Shown here: positions 25,003-34,936 of the stretch, piece by piece
Layout of the letters: each line of letters opens with the position of its first letter
How positions within the stretch are numbered: the first letter of the stretch is position 1
NCBI GenBank assembly: GCA_018003655.1
Contig: JAGNDY010000001.1
Span: 35,399 to 99,398 of the forward strand
Direction: 5' to 3'
DNA: 64,000 nucleotides
From: Candidatus Nanopelagicales bacterium
GTDB lineage: Bacteria; Actinomycetota; Actinomycetes; S36-B12; UBA10799
Translations under genes and position numbers: made by a program
The notes under the pieces: model-generated
The model's database searches: none
What the model was told of the DNA's origin: nothing
Seen by the model: the letters and a program-made list of their open reading frames with translations, nothing else

Positions 25003-28000
25003 TCAATGGAAGTCCCGAGACGCGGGCGCGGCGGTGATCTGCAGATCCTCAAGCTCGCGGGCGACGATGTTGATGGCGCCGTCAGCGCTCTCCACGGTGC
25101 CGCGGACGAGCATGGCCACGGACGTGCGCGCAATGCTGCGCTGCTTGGTCCAGAGGTGTTGGGAACACACCACGTTGATCAGACCGGTTTGGTCCTCCAG
25201 ATTGATGAACGTCACGCCCGCCGCCGTCTCGGGTCGCTGCCGGTGAGTCACGATTCCGGCCACGGTTACCCGGGAACCATGCCGACGGCCGACCAGTTCG
25301 GCTGCCGGCACAACGGGGTAGCCGACGAGCCGCTGGCGCAGCAACTCCATCGGGGAGGAGTCCACTGTGACTCCGGTGGTTTCCAGATCGGCGATGAGTA
25401 GGTCATCGGCCGACATCGTCGGCAGCGTGGGCGCTTGATCCCCGATGGCCATGTCGGCGAACTGGCCTGCGGTGTGGCTACTGACAGCGCCAGCGCTCCA
25501 GAGGCTGGCCCGACGGTCGTTGTTGTCGAGGCTGGCGGTGGCCCCAGCCGTTGCCAACACCTCAAGTTGGGAACGACTCAATCCGGTGCGGACAGCCAGA
25601 TCATCCAAACTGCGGAAAGGGGATTCAGCGGCTATCCGCGCTGCGACCTCGGCCCCAATCCCCTTGATGCTGGTGAGTCCTAGCCGCACGACGGAGGCAA
25701 CAGGATCACGGGCAAGCGTTGCCTCGGCGTGACTGAAGTTCACGTCCGGCCGAGCCACGGTGACACCGTGCCGACGAGCATCAGATATCAACGTGGCAGG
25801 TGACCAGAAGCCCATCGGCTGGGAATTGAGCAAACTGGCCAGGAAGGCTGCCGGATAGTGCAATTTGAGCCACGAACTGGCGTAGACCAGGTAGGCAAAC
25901 GAGGCGGCGTGTGATTCTGGGAACCCGAAGCTGGCGAATGCGGCCAATGAATGAAAGACCTGATCAGCGACTGAGCCGGTGAGCCCTCGCTCGGCCATGC
26001 CGGCATAGAGGCGTTCCCGCAGTGCCTCCATCCGCTGGGCGGACCGTTTGGAACCCATTGCCTGGCGCAACTGGTCGGCGTCGGCTGGGCTGAAACCGGC
26101 GACATCGATCGCCATCTGCATCAGCTGCTCCTGGAAGATTGGCACGCCCAGGGTCTTGCGAAGCGAAGGTTCCAGGAGGGGATGCAGGTAGGTGATCGGT
26201 TCCTGGCCGTTGCGTCGCCGCAGATATGGGTGGACGGAGCCGCCCTGGATAGGTCCTGGCCGGATTAGCGCCACCTCGACGACTAGGTCGTAGAAGTTGC
26301 GAGGCTTGAGGCGGGGAAGAGTCGCCATCTGCGCTCGGGACTCGATCTGGAAAACCCCGACCGTGTCTGCCGCGCAGAGCCGTTGGTAAACCGCGTCCTC
26401 CTGCGGCATGGTCGCCAGATCGACGCTGACGCCGTGGAAGTCCTTTACCAAGTCCATGGTCCGGTGCAGCGCCTCCAACATCCCGAGGCCAAGTAGGTCA
26501 AATTTGACCAGGCCAACGGCGGCACAGTCCTCCTTGTCCCACTGCAGCACGGTTCGCCCCGGTGCGGTCGCCCACTCAACCGGACACACCTCGATCACGG
26601 GGCGATCACAGATGACCATGCCCCCCGAATGCACGCTCAGGTGTCGGGGGAAGTCGAGTAGCTGACCGGCCAACGTGACCACTTCCGGTGGAATCGTGGA
26701 CTCGGGAGTCAGGCTCGAGTGGGAACGACCGTGGTACTCCATGCTGGAGGTCCAGGAGTCGGCGCTGCCCTGTTCGTACCCGAGTGCCCGGGCGGCATCG
26801 CGAACCGCCGAGCGAGGCCGGTAGGTATTGACGTTGGCAACCTGCGCGGCGTGATGGCGACCGTGTCGTTCGTAGACGTATTGAATGACTTCTTCCCGAC
26901 GCCCACTCTCGATATCGATGTCGATGTCCGGCGGGCCATCGCGAGCGGGGGAGAGGAACCGTTCAAACAGCAGGCCGAGTGCCACCGGGTCGCAGTTGGT
27001 GATTCCCAGCGAGTAGCAAACCGCCGAGTTGGCGGCCGATCCTCTGCCCTGACACAGAATGTCGGACCGTCGACAGAACTGCACAATGTCCCAGACGATA
27101 AGGAAGTAGCCGGGAAAATCGAGATCTTCGATGATCGCTAATTCGTAGTCGATCTGCTTCCACGCGCCGGGTACCCGTTCGTGATCGCGAGGACCGTAGA
27201 GAGCGGTAGCGCCGACCTCGGTCAGTTCCCGCAGATAGCTCGCCTCGTTGTGACCGTCGGTGACGGGAAAGTCGGGTAGGCGGGGAGCCACTAGTCGCAG
27301 ATCGAAAGCGAGTTCCTGACCAAGCGCGTGGGCGCGATCCACGGCACCGGGGTAGGCAGCGAATCGACGCCGCTGTTCGGCCGCCGAGCGCAAGTATCCA
27401 GCCGGTGAAGCGGGCAACCAGCCATCCATCGCGCCAAGGTCTCGGCGAGCCCGGATTGCTGCGGTCGCGGTCGCAAGCGGGTGTTGCCCTGGGCTCGCGT
27501 AGTGGGCATTGGTGGTCGCAACGGTCGGCAGATTCCGCTGTTGCGCGAGGCGAGTGAGTTCGTCGTTGCGGTCATCGTCGGTCGGGTCGTGGTGATTCCA
27601 CAGTTCCACCATGAGGTTGTCGCGGCCGAACACCTCAATGAGCTCGTCCAGTGCTCGACCGCCGCTGGCCGAACCTTGCCGTGCAAGTCGGTTCGGCACA
27701 GTTCCCTTCCGGCAACCGGTCGACACCAACCATTGATCGTCGTGCGCATCGGCCAAGTCCCATAAGTTGAGAACCGGCCTGCCCTTGGATCCGGCCAGAT
27801 TGGCAGTCGCGATCGCCCGACTGAGGCGTGCGTAGCCGACCGGATTACGAGCCAAGACGAGTAAATGTTCACCCTCGGGGTCGGCTAAACCATTAGGTCG
27901 TTGGGTGGCGCCGATGGTGAGTTCAGCGCCGAACACGGTGGGTAAGCCGACTTTGCGAGCAGCCTCAGCAAATTTGACGACGCCATAGAAACCGTCATGG

Positions 28001-28131
28001 TCGACCAAACTCAAGGCAGATAAGTCGAGTCGGACCGCCTCGGCGACCATGTCTTCCGGTGAGCTGACGCCATCGAGGAAGCTGAAGTAGGAATGGGCAT
28101 GAAGCTCGGCATACCCGCTGCTATCAGCCAT
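25003..28131 (-). CDS. dnaE2: Error-prone DNA polymerase III alpha-like subunit DnaE2 (ImuC)
   Basis: A 1042-aa ORF with PHP domain start 'YAELHAHSYFSFLDGVSSPE', a Pol III alpha core and an OB-fold C-terminus. It lies downstream of imuA'-imuB. Confidence 0.9.
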   Translation of the reverse strand: MADSSGYAELHAHSYFSFLDGVSSPEDMVAEAVRLDLSALSLVDHDGFYGVVKFAEAARKVGLPTVFGAELTIGATQRPNGLADPEGEHLLVLARNPVGYARLSRAIATANLAGSKGRPVLNLWDLADAHDDQWLVSTGCRKGTVPNRLARQGSASGGRALDELIEVFGRDNLMVELWNHHDPTDDDRNDELTRLAQQRNLPTVATTNAHYASPGQHPLATATAAIRARRDLGAMDGWLPASPAGYLRSAAEQRRRFAAYPGAVDRAHALGQELAFDLRLVAPRLPDFPVTDGHNEASYLRELTEVGATALYGPRDHERVPGAWKQIDYELAIIEDLDFPGYFLIVWDIVQFCRRSDILCQGRGSAANSAVCYSLGITNCDPVALGLLFERFLSPARDGPPDIDIDIESGRREEVIQYVYERHGRHHAAQVANVNTYRPRSAVRDAARALGYEQGSADSWTSSMEYHGRSHSSLTPESTIPPEVVTLAGQLLDFPRHLSVHSGGMVICDRPVIEVCPVEWATAPGRTVLQWDKEDCAAVGLVKFDLLGLGMLEALHRTMDLVKDFHGVSVDLATMPQEDAVYQRLCAADTVGVFQIESRAQMATLPRLKPRNFYDLVVEVALIRPGPIQGGSVHPYLRRRNGQEPITYLHPLLEPSLRKTLGVPIFQEQLMQMAIDVAGFSPADADQLRQAMGSKRSAQRMEALRERLYAGMAERGLTGSVADQVFHSLAAFASFGFPESHAASFAYLVYASSWLKLHYPAAFLASLLNSQPMGFWSPATLISDARRHGVTVARPDVNFSHAEATLARDPVASVVRLGLTSIKGIGAEVAARIAAESPFRSLDDLAVRTGLSRSQLEVLATAGATASLDNNDRRASLWSAGAVSSHTAGQFADMAIGDQAPTLPTMSADDLLIADLETTGVTVDSSPMELLRQRLVGYPVVPAAELVGRRHGSRVTVAGIVTHRQRPETAAGVTFINLEDQTGLINVVCSQHLWTKQRSIARTSVAMLVRGTVESADGAINIVARELEDLQITAAPASRDFH

Positions 28132-28184
28132 TGATTCTTCCTCGCTGACGGCGCTTCGTCGCAGTAGTTCGCCGACGTGATGAC

Positions 28185-29753
28185 CTAGTCATAAGTGGCC
28201 TCGATCCACCATTGGTTGCTTCGCACGATGCAGAGATGGGCACTGTGATCGGTGGCCTCCCGGTTGGTGGTCAGCAGTTGAAACCGTGCCTGCCGACGAT
28301 GGGTGGGTGGGTCCCACCAACGTTCGTCGGCGAGCCAGGGCCCGGCCCAGGCGGTGATGGCTCGCCACTGCCCGCCAGGTACCTGGATGCGCGTGGGGGT
28401 ATCGCTGATATCGCCTCGACTGCTGATCCCCACTGGGCCGTTGCCACCGTGGACCTTCACCGGAACTGGCACCGGATGGATCAGAGCGGGGGCAGGCGGT
28501 GGAATCACCCCCGGCCACGGCATGGTTGGTGGGGCGGTCGGAGTCGGTTCACCCCAGGGGACGAGTTGCGTCTGCTCGGTGGGGGAGCGCCCACCCCGTG
28601 TCACCGCAGTCATGACGCCATCGGGGCCGAGTAGGCCGCGCACTCGATCAATCCCACGGATAGCTCGACGATCCCGCTCGGACAGTTCTCCCCAGAGGCT
28701 GATCTGTAGGTCGGCACAGTCGGCGACCTCGTCGGCCGCCAACCGCAGTACGGCGATGCCAGCGGTGGGAACGGGATCGCTTCCACCCGGCTCAAGCCAG
28801 CCCGTTAGTTGCCAGCGAACACGCTCCACAATGGTGCTGACATCGAACACTGTGGTTGCTCGCCACAACCGTGACAACACTTCCGCGTGTTCGGTCTCTA
28901 CCTCGATTCGTAGCTGCGTGCAGGCTAAACCGCGGCGGGTCAATAGTGCGATGAGGTCCTCTGCCAGTGGCCGCGCGGCGAAAGCTGCCATCGCAACTTG
29001 TTGTGCGGGTGGGTCTAACTCCGTGCTGACCAGCAATGGTTCGGCCTGCTCGTGGATAGCCAATGGTCGATCGGTAAACCCAGCCGCCAGGCGATGGGCG
29101 GCGGCCGCTGCTGTGCCAAACCGGGACAGGACCGCAGCTGCTGGTAGCGCGGCGAATTGGCCTAGCGTGTGCAGACCGAGCCGACGCGACAAGGTGGTGA
29201 GTTCATCAATGCCAAGGGTCGCGATCGGGAAGGGCGCCAAGAAATCGCTGGTCTGACCGGCCGGGACTACATGGACCGGAGTTGGTGGCTGATCCGGTGG
29301 TTGAGTGCTGGCGGCCAGTTGAGCAGCGAAGCGACTGTCGGCAAGGCCAATCCGAACCAGATCGGTGCCTTCTGGTAGCACCTCACTGACTGATTGCTGC
29401 AGTCGTTGCGCCAACTGCGATTCGTCGCCGTAGTAGCGTGCCGGCCCATCCGCCGCGATAGTGCACAGCCCGGGACTGGTCACCTCAAGTCGGGGGACAG
29501 CGAGGGTCAGGGCAGCGACCACAGGCTCAAAGGAGGTGATGTCTCGTTGCGGTTCGTCATCGAGGATGACGACGAGGGGGCTGTGCCGCTTCGCCTCTCG
29601 CCGACGTTGTCCCACCTGCACGCCCTCTCGGCGCGCTGCTGCCGAACAGGCCACTACCTGTCCGCCGGTGATAACTGCGACCGGTTCGGTGGGCCGATAC
29701 CCGGCAGCCGTCACTGACCAGTCGGGAAACCACGCGGCGAGGAAACGCGCCAT
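28185..29753 (-). CDS. imuB: ImuB, Y-family-polymerase-like mutasome subunit
   Basis: I trimmed the 698-aa track ORF to ATG 29753 ('MARFLAAWFPDWSVTAAG...'), the canonical ImuB N-terminus. This gives a TGATG stop/start junction with imuA' at 29751-29755. Confidence 0.85.
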   Translation of the reverse strand: MARFLAAWFPDWSVTAAGYRPTEPVAVITGGQVVACSAAARREGVQVGQRRREAKRHSPLVVILDDEPQRDITSFEPVVAALTLAVPRLEVTSPGLCTIAADGPARYYGDESQLAQRLQQSVSEVLPEGTDLVRIGLADSRFAAQLAASTQPPDQPPTPVHVVPAGQTSDFLAPFPIATLGIDELTTLSRRLGLHTLGQFAALPAAAVLSRFGTAAAAAHRLAAGFTDRPLAIHEQAEPLLVSTELDPPAQQVAMAAFAARPLAEDLIALLTRRGLACTQLRIEVETEHAEVLSRLWRATTVFDVSTIVERVRWQLTGWLEPGGSDPVPTAGIAVLRLAADEVADCADLQISLWGELSERDRRAIRGIDRVRGLLGPDGVMTAVTRGGRSPTEQTQLVPWGEPTPTAPPTMPWPGVIPPPAPALIHPVPVPVKVHGGNGPVGISSRGDISDTPTRIQVPGGQWRAITAWAGPWLADERWWDPPTHRRQARFQLLTTNREATDHSAHLCIVRSNQWWIEATYD

Positions 29754-30460
29754 CAGCGACCTGCCCGTAGTTGACCCACTCGCCGTGGGCCGTTGAGGCG
29801 TCGACCGGCAGTCGCAACGGTGATGCAGCGATGGCGGAGGGAGCCGTGCCCCACCCGCAGACCCTGCCAATCGACCTCGGTTGCCTCGACGGTGAGATCG
29901 GGGGACTCCGGCCAGCAGGCGGTCGGTGAAGTTCCTGGGGACATGGCGGTCGATGTCCAGCCGTCCACGATGATCAACACACTCTGTCGCTGCCGAGCGC
30001 GAGCAAGTAGTCGCCGAGCATCGGTTGGGCGACAACGCTTGGGTGGGCTCAACACCACGATGTCCAGGCAGTCCAGCAGCGCCGCGGTGACATCGAGCCA
30101 AGGTGTTCCTGGATCGGGGACTAGCGCCAAATGATCTAGCGTGACACCAAGTTCTGCCGCTGCCAGTGCACTCAACTCGGGAATTCCGATTACTGCTGCC
30201 CAGCTTCCAGCCGCCATGGGCCCGGCAAGTAGTCGCAGGAGTAGTGAGGTTCGACCGGATCGGCCAGCGACCCCGACGCAACCACCCCGTTTCAAGACCC
30301 CACCAGGCAACAACTCACCCAACTCCGGAACGAGTTGAAGGTGGCCGTCGAGAACCGCTGAGCTGTTCGGTTGTTCGCCAGGGCGGTAGCTAACCGGACG
30401 CGCAGAATCGATCAATTCAGCGGTTTTCGCCGGTAGAGGGGTAGCCGTAGCGAGTGCCAT
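29753..30460 (-). CDS. imuA': ImuA' (RecA-fold-like mutasome accessory protein)
   Basis: A 235-aa ORF and the first gene of the cassette. It has a degenerate P-loop-like 'VGVAGRSGRTSLLLRLLAG' and sits immediately downstream of the LexA box. Position and size match actinobacterial imuA'. Confidence 0.7.
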   Translation of the reverse strand: MALATATPLPAKTAELIDSARPVSYRPGEQPNSSAVLDGHLQLVPELGELLPGGVLKRGGCVGVAGRSGRTSLLLRLLAGPMAAGSWAAVIGIPELSALAAAELGVTLDHLALVPDPGTPWLDVTAALLDCLDIVVLSPPKRCRPTDARRLLARARQRQSVLIIVDGWTSTAMSPGTSPTACWPESPDLTVEATEVDWQGLRVGHGSLRHRCITVATAGRRLNGPRRVGQLRAGR

Positions 30461-30472
30461 GAAGGAAGTTTA

Positions 30473-30488
30473 TCGAACATATGTTCGA
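30473..30488. promoter_or_regulatory. LexA (SOS) box, TCGAAC-N4-GTTCGA
   Basis: A perfect palindrome TCGAACATATGTTCGA is read directly at 30473-30488, 13 nt upstream of the imuA' ATG (30460). It matches the actinobacterial/mycobacterial SOS-box consensus. Confidence 0.8.
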
Positions 30489-30614
30489 ACACCATGGTCT
30501 CTTTGGCCCATTTAGGGGATGGTCGGCTGCGATTGCTCGTGAGTCAAAGCAATGCAAGAGGAATAGACTGATCACGCCCAGTGGGTGTTGGGTTGCTTGG
30601 CCGATGGGAGTGTC

Positions 30615-32420
30615 ATGTCCGGTAAGCGAGTGTTCTTCTTAGTTCTGCTGGTCGTTGGGGCGCTGATCGGTCTGCTGCACCCGCTGGTTACCGGCAGCAG
30701 TTCCAGCGGAACTGTCTCCGAAGTGACCACCATCAGCAAATACACCGGCGACATTCAGGTTGCTGCCGACGGCAACATGACCGCCACCGAAACCATCGCA
30801 GTGAACTTTCCCGTTGCCCGCCATGGCATCTTCCGGTACTTCGACGTCCAAGATCCTTCTGATCCGCACGTCCGCTACATCCCCACGATCAAGTCGATCA
30901 CCATGGACGGCGCCGCTGCGCAATACAGCACGAGCTGGGAAAAGGGTAAGCAGTTCTACGTCGCCAAAATCGGCGATCCCGATGCCTTACTCAATACCGG
31001 CACGCACACCTACGTCATTTCCTATTCGATCCCCGGAGTCATCTCACCGACGAGCGCCGGCAAAGACAAAACCTTCGCCACGACCATGGGGACCGCTGCA
31101 ACGCCGCCCCAATCGGTCTTCTTCTGGAATGTGATCGCCAACGGATGGCAAATGACCATCAAGCAGGCAGATGTTCAGATTTCGCTGCCCGCCGCGAGTG
31201 AGCAAGTGCAGTGTTCCGCTGGCACCGGCACCGGCGCCAACGCAGCCGCAGGACCCTGCAAGGTCACCGGTGCCGGCACGCAGACCCTGAATGTCTCGGC
31301 CGCCGGGATCCCACCATTCACTGGCATGACTGTTCGGGCTGGCCTGCCCACACCGGCCCCCGCGCGCACGACCGTGCCGTGGTCGGTGGCGTGGGATCCC
31401 ATCCTCGGCCGCAACCTGCCAGTCGTCATCATCGTGGTCCTACTCACTGGCGTGGGCCTGGTGGTCGGTTTCCTCTGGGCCCGCAAATCCAAGGAGGACG
31501 AACCGGGTTTCCCTGTCATGTATGCGCCACCGGAAGGCCTCGGCCCACCTCAGGTTGTATACATGGCCAGCGAAGAGACTGGCAAGCACGCCCTGGCCGC
31601 GACGTTGTTCTACTTGGCGGACAAACGCCTGGTCACGTTGGAGCAGCGGGGCGACAAGTCCTGGCTGGTAACCGGCGCTGGCACACCGGAAATGTGGAAC
31701 GGCATCGACGGAACCACCATTGCCGTCGCCACCAAACTGGGGGTCACGGCACCGGGATATTGGTTCCTGGCCGACCGCACCAAGGCCTCTGGTGAGGTTC
31801 TTGCTGGCGCAAAGTCAGAAATCGGCAGCGCGACGAAGAACTGGGCCAAGAGCGGCGGATTCGTCAAGACCAGTGGCATCGAAATGCTCGGCAAAGCACT
31901 CTGGTTCGCCGCTTTCGTCCTCGCCATCGTGGGCTTCATTGGTTTTGTCGGGCCAACGATGCTTGGCTTGCCCTTCGCCGGATTCGCCATCGGTGGGTTC
32001 GGCCTGCTGGCCACCGGCGTGGGCACCCGCCGAACAGACACGGGCCGGGACTTGTGGTCGCGCTCGGTCGGATTCGAACGGCTCCTGTCGACACCGTCGT
32101 CGCAGGATCGGTTCGATTTCGCCGCCAACAAGGATCTGTTCATCAGCTACATCCCGTTTGCCGTTGCGTTCGGTGTGGCGGACAAGTGGGCAGAGAAGTA
32201 CCGGATGTACACCAACAGCGAACCTCCGCTGCCCTTCTGGTACCCGTACGGCTACGGGGTATGGGGCAATCCGTACGACGCGGGCGGTAGTTTCGGTTCT
32301 GACTTCGACTCCACGCTGTCTGCTTCAATCAGCACCTACCAAGCCTCGCAGTCCTCATCCAGTGGTGGCGGCGGCGGAATGGGCGGCGGCGGCGGCGGTG
32401 GCGGCGGCGGGTCCTGGTGA
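30615..32420 (+). CDS. DUF2207 domain-containing membrane protein with C-terminal poly-Gly tail
   Basis: I trimmed the ORF to ATG 30615 (GGGAG lies 4 nt upstream). It has an N-terminal signal anchor 'VFFLVLLVVGALIGL', an extracellular beta-rich domain, a central and C-terminal TM cluster, and the tail 'SSSSGGGGGMGGGGGGGGGGSW' typical of DUF2207. It is adjacent to LemA. Confidence 0.7.
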   Translation: MSGKRVFFLVLLVVGALIGLLHPLVTGSSSSGTVSEVTTISKYTGDIQVAADGNMTATETIAVNFPVARHGIFRYFDVQDPSDPHVRYIPTIKSITMDGAAAQYSTSWEKGKQFYVAKIGDPDALLNTGTHTYVISYSIPGVISPTSAGKDKTFATTMGTAATPPQSVFFWNVIANGWQMTIKQADVQISLPAASEQVQCSAGTGTGANAAAGPCKVTGAGTQTLNVSAAGIPPFTGMTVRAGLPTPAPARTTVPWSVAWDPILGRNLPVVIIVVLLTGVGLVVGFLWARKSKEDEPGFPVMYAPPEGLGPPQVVYMASEETGKHALAATLFYLADKRLVTLEQRGDKSWLVTGAGTPEMWNGIDGTTIAVATKLGVTAPGYWFLADRTKASGEVLAGAKSEIGSATKNWAKSGGFVKTSGIEMLGKALWFAAFVLAIVGFIGFVGPTMLGLPFAGFAIGGFGLLATGVGTRRTDTGRDLWSRSVGFERLLSTPSSQDRFDFAANKDLFISYIPFAVAFGVADKWAEKYRMYTNSEPPLPFWYPYGYGVWGNPYDAGGSFGSDFDSTLSASISTYQASQSSSSGGGGGMGGGGGGGGGGSW

Positions 32421-32469
32421 GTCCACGTAACGATAGGTTTCGACTTCAGAGCGAACGGGAGTGGTCCGA

Positions 32470-33036
32470 ATGACGATAGTCCTGATCATCATCATCGTGT
32501 TGATCGTGCTGGCAGCGATCTTTGCGGTGGTTGGCTTCAACAAGCTTCGCAGAGCTGATATCTCGGCCCAGGAGGCGCTCGGCGGCATCGACGTGCAATT
32601 GACTCGCCGTGCTGACTTGGTGCCCAACCTGGTCGAGACAGTGAAGGGCTACGCCTCCCACGAGAAGGGCGTATTCGAGGCCGTGACCGAGGCTCGGGCG
32701 CAGGTCAGTAAGGCGGCCGCCAGCGGCACTGTCGAACAGAAGGCAACCGCCGAGGCAGCGTTGGATCGTTCTCTGGTCAACGTCATGGCGGTAGCGGAGA
32801 ACTACCCCGACCTCAAGGCGTCGACGAACTTCCTGCAACTGCAGGGCCAGCTCAGCGACACTGAGAACCAGTTGGCGTTCGCCCGGCAGTACTACAACGA
32901 CGCTGTTTCCCGCCTGAATACCCTGGTCGTGACGATGCCATGGATGTTCTTCAACGGGTTCGCCAAAGTCAGCAAGCGCGACTTCTACCAGGCGCCGGAA
33001 GGCCAGGCCTCGCCGCCACAGGTGTCGTTCAGCTAG
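32470..33036 (+). CDS. lemA: LemA family protein
   Basis: 'MTIVLIIIIVLIVLAAIFAVVGFNKLRR...QLTRRADLVPNLVETVKGYASHEK.VFE.VT.AR', the classic LemA pattern. I prefer ATG 32470 (GGGAG 8 nt upstream) to the track GTG at 32461. Confidence 0.85.
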   Translation: MTIVLIIIIVLIVLAAIFAVVGFNKLRRADISAQEALGGIDVQLTRRADLVPNLVETVKGYASHEKGVFEAVTEARAQVSKAAASGTVEQKATAEAALDRSLVNVMAVAENYPDLKASTNFLQLQGQLSDTENQLAFARQYYNDAVSRLNTLVVTMPWMFFNGFAKVSKRDFYQAPEGQASPPQVSFS

Positions 33037-33053
33037 GCGGAGTGGCCACCACG

Positions 33054-33890
33054 ATGTCGTCGGTGGATGCCGCGTCATCACCAGCGGAGGCTTGGTACCC
33101 GGGCAGTCCCTACGACCCCGACGATTCAGTACCCGGGTTGACCACGCCGTTGCCCTTCTTCTTGACCGACCATGCGCGGTCGATTGCCACCTTTGGTTGT
33201 CTGGCGGCGGCGTGGCCGTGGTTGTCCACCGCGCCGAGGGCCCACGGTCAGCCAGTGTTGGCGCTGCCCGGCTTCGGCGCCGGCGACATCTCCACTCTCC
33301 CTTTGCGCCGTTACCTGAAGAGACTCGGATACAACGTCTCTGGGTGGGGCTTTGGGGTCAACGTTGGTCCGACGCGCAGAGTGCTGAAGGGTCTACTACC
33401 GCTCGTCGAGCAGTTGGCTGACCAGTTTGGCCAGCCTGTGTCGATCGTGGGCTGGAGCCTAGGAGGTGTATTCGCCCGCGCGGTCGCCCGGCAGACCCCG
33501 GATGCTGTTCGCCAAGTGATCACCATGGGTAGCCCGTATGCGCTGAACCATCCGCGGCAAGCCCGCTCCGTGCGCCTGTACTCTCGGTTCACTCGCTTCC
33601 ACGCGTTGCCGCACGAGATGCCCGAGCATGAGTCCGTGCTGCCGCCACTGCCGGTGCCCTCTACGTCGATCTACTCACGCCTCGACGGCATCGTCGATTG
33701 GCGCGCTTGCGTCGAACCAGCCGACGACACCCACGAGAACATCTCCGTCTGGTCGAGTCACCTCGGCTATGGCCATGACCCTGCGGTGCTGTGGGCTGTG
33801 GCTGATCGGCTGGGTCAACGCGAAGGAACCTGGGAGCAGTTCCGGCCACCGTTGGTTGCTCGCGCGCTCTATCCCACCCCGTTTGGGTAG
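33054..33890 (+). CDS. Alpha/beta hydrolase fold protein
   Basis: I trimmed the ORF to ATG 33054. It has the nucleophile elbow 'IVGWSLGGVFA' (GxSxG) and 'ITMGSPY'. Confidence 0.7.
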   Translation: MSSVDAASSPAEAWYPGSPYDPDDSVPGLTTPLPFFLTDHARSIATFGCLAAAWPWLSTAPRAHGQPVLALPGFGAGDISTLPLRRYLKRLGYNVSGWGFGVNVGPTRRVLKGLLPLVEQLADQFGQPVSIVGWSLGGVFARAVARQTPDAVRQVITMGSPYALNHPRQARSVRLYSRFTRFHALPHEMPEHESVLPPLPVPSTSIYSRLDGIVDWRACVEPADDTHENISVWSSHLGYGHDPAVLWAVADRLGQREGTWEQFRPPLVARALYPTPFG

Positions 33891-33933
33891 CTGGCCTCGC
33901 CAGCGCTTGGTGCCTCGACCGGTATCCGTTTGA

Positions 33934-34728
33934 CTACATCGGTTCGAAGGTGGGGCGCTTGGGGTCAACGTCGTCGCCGGAGCTGCGGCCGGTGACCCGG
34001 CGACCGATCCAGGGGGCAAGGTGTTTGCCTGTCCATCGGGCATGGCCGCGCAGGGCCTGGGCTCGGGAGAGCGGGTCGGTGGGTTCCAGCGGTGCCCGCC
34101 AGGATCCATCGCCGAGTCCGAGGACCTCCAGCGCGGCCGCGGCGGCTCGCTCGTGTCCCGAAGCGTTGAGATGGAGTCGGTCCTCGGCCCAGAAGCGCGG
34201 ATCATCGAAAGCTGTCTCCGGCCAGAAGTCGAGCATGTAGCACTGCTGGTCATGGGCTATGGCGAGCAGGATCTCTCGGTACTCAGCGAGCCGTCTGGTG
34301 ATCGTGCGCAGACTGGCTGATCGCCGGCTTGGGTTGCCGAATGACACGAGTAGGACATCGGTACCGTGTGCTTTCGCGTCGCGAACGGCGTCCTCCATCA
34401 ACTCGGCAGTAGCGGGTAGGTCCCAGGACGTGCGCATCGCGTCGTTGACACCAGCGGCGATGCTCAGCAAGTCAGGTTCGAGGGCGATAGCAGCCGGAAC
34501 TTGCTCGCTCACGATCGCTGGAACTCTTCGACCTCGGATCGCAAGGTTCGCGTAGTGGAAATCCGGGTTGATAGCGCCGAGCTGCTCGGCGAGCCGGTCG
34601 GCCCAACCGCGGTGGCGGCCGTCGGTTCCGGGATCCTCGAGGCCTTCGGTGAAGGAATCACCTACCGCTACAAAGCGGCTCCACGTGTGTGGCGCCTCGT
34701 TCGGAGGCCCGTCGGGGGTTGAGATCAT
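33934..34728 (-). CDS. SGNH/GDSL hydrolase family protein
   Basis: A 264-aa ORF with block I 'FVAVGDSFTEG', block III 'AGVND' and block V 'DRLHLNASGH'. Confidence 0.8.
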   Translation of the reverse strand: MISTPDGPPNEAPHTWSRFVAVGDSFTEGLEDPGTDGRHRGWADRLAEQLGAINPDFHYANLAIRGRRVPAIVSEQVPAAIALEPDLLSIAAGVNDAMRTSWDLPATAELMEDAVRDAKAHGTDVLLVSFGNPSRRSASLRTITRRLAEYREILLAIAHDQQCYMLDFWPETAFDDPRFWAEDRLHLNASGHERAAAAALEVLGLGDGSWRAPLEPTDPLSRAQALRGHARWTGKHLAPWIGRRVTGRSSGDDVDPKRPTFEPM

Positions 34729-34936
34729 CCCGACAGGCTAACGAGCCGAACCGATCGAGCCGCATTGGCATCGGCCGATCGTCTCGGGCACTCGTCGAAC
34801 CATCCGAACCGGGAGCCACGCCAGTGGCCAGAGGGTTGGGGAATCGAGATCGCATGGGTATGCTGCCACAAACGCCTGGACTTCAAGGGCTCACAGGACG
34901 CTGGGGAAGGCGAACCTGAGAGCAAGGAGGTCAAAG

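Noticed and set aside
29754-30281. A 176-codon N-terminal extension of imuB in the 698-aa track ORF.
   Set aside because: The extension overlaps imuA' in another frame and is Arg/Ser/Cys-rich with no similarity to ImuB. The internal ATG at 29753 yields the canonical 'MARFLAAWFPDWSV' N-terminus and a TGATG junction with imuA'.
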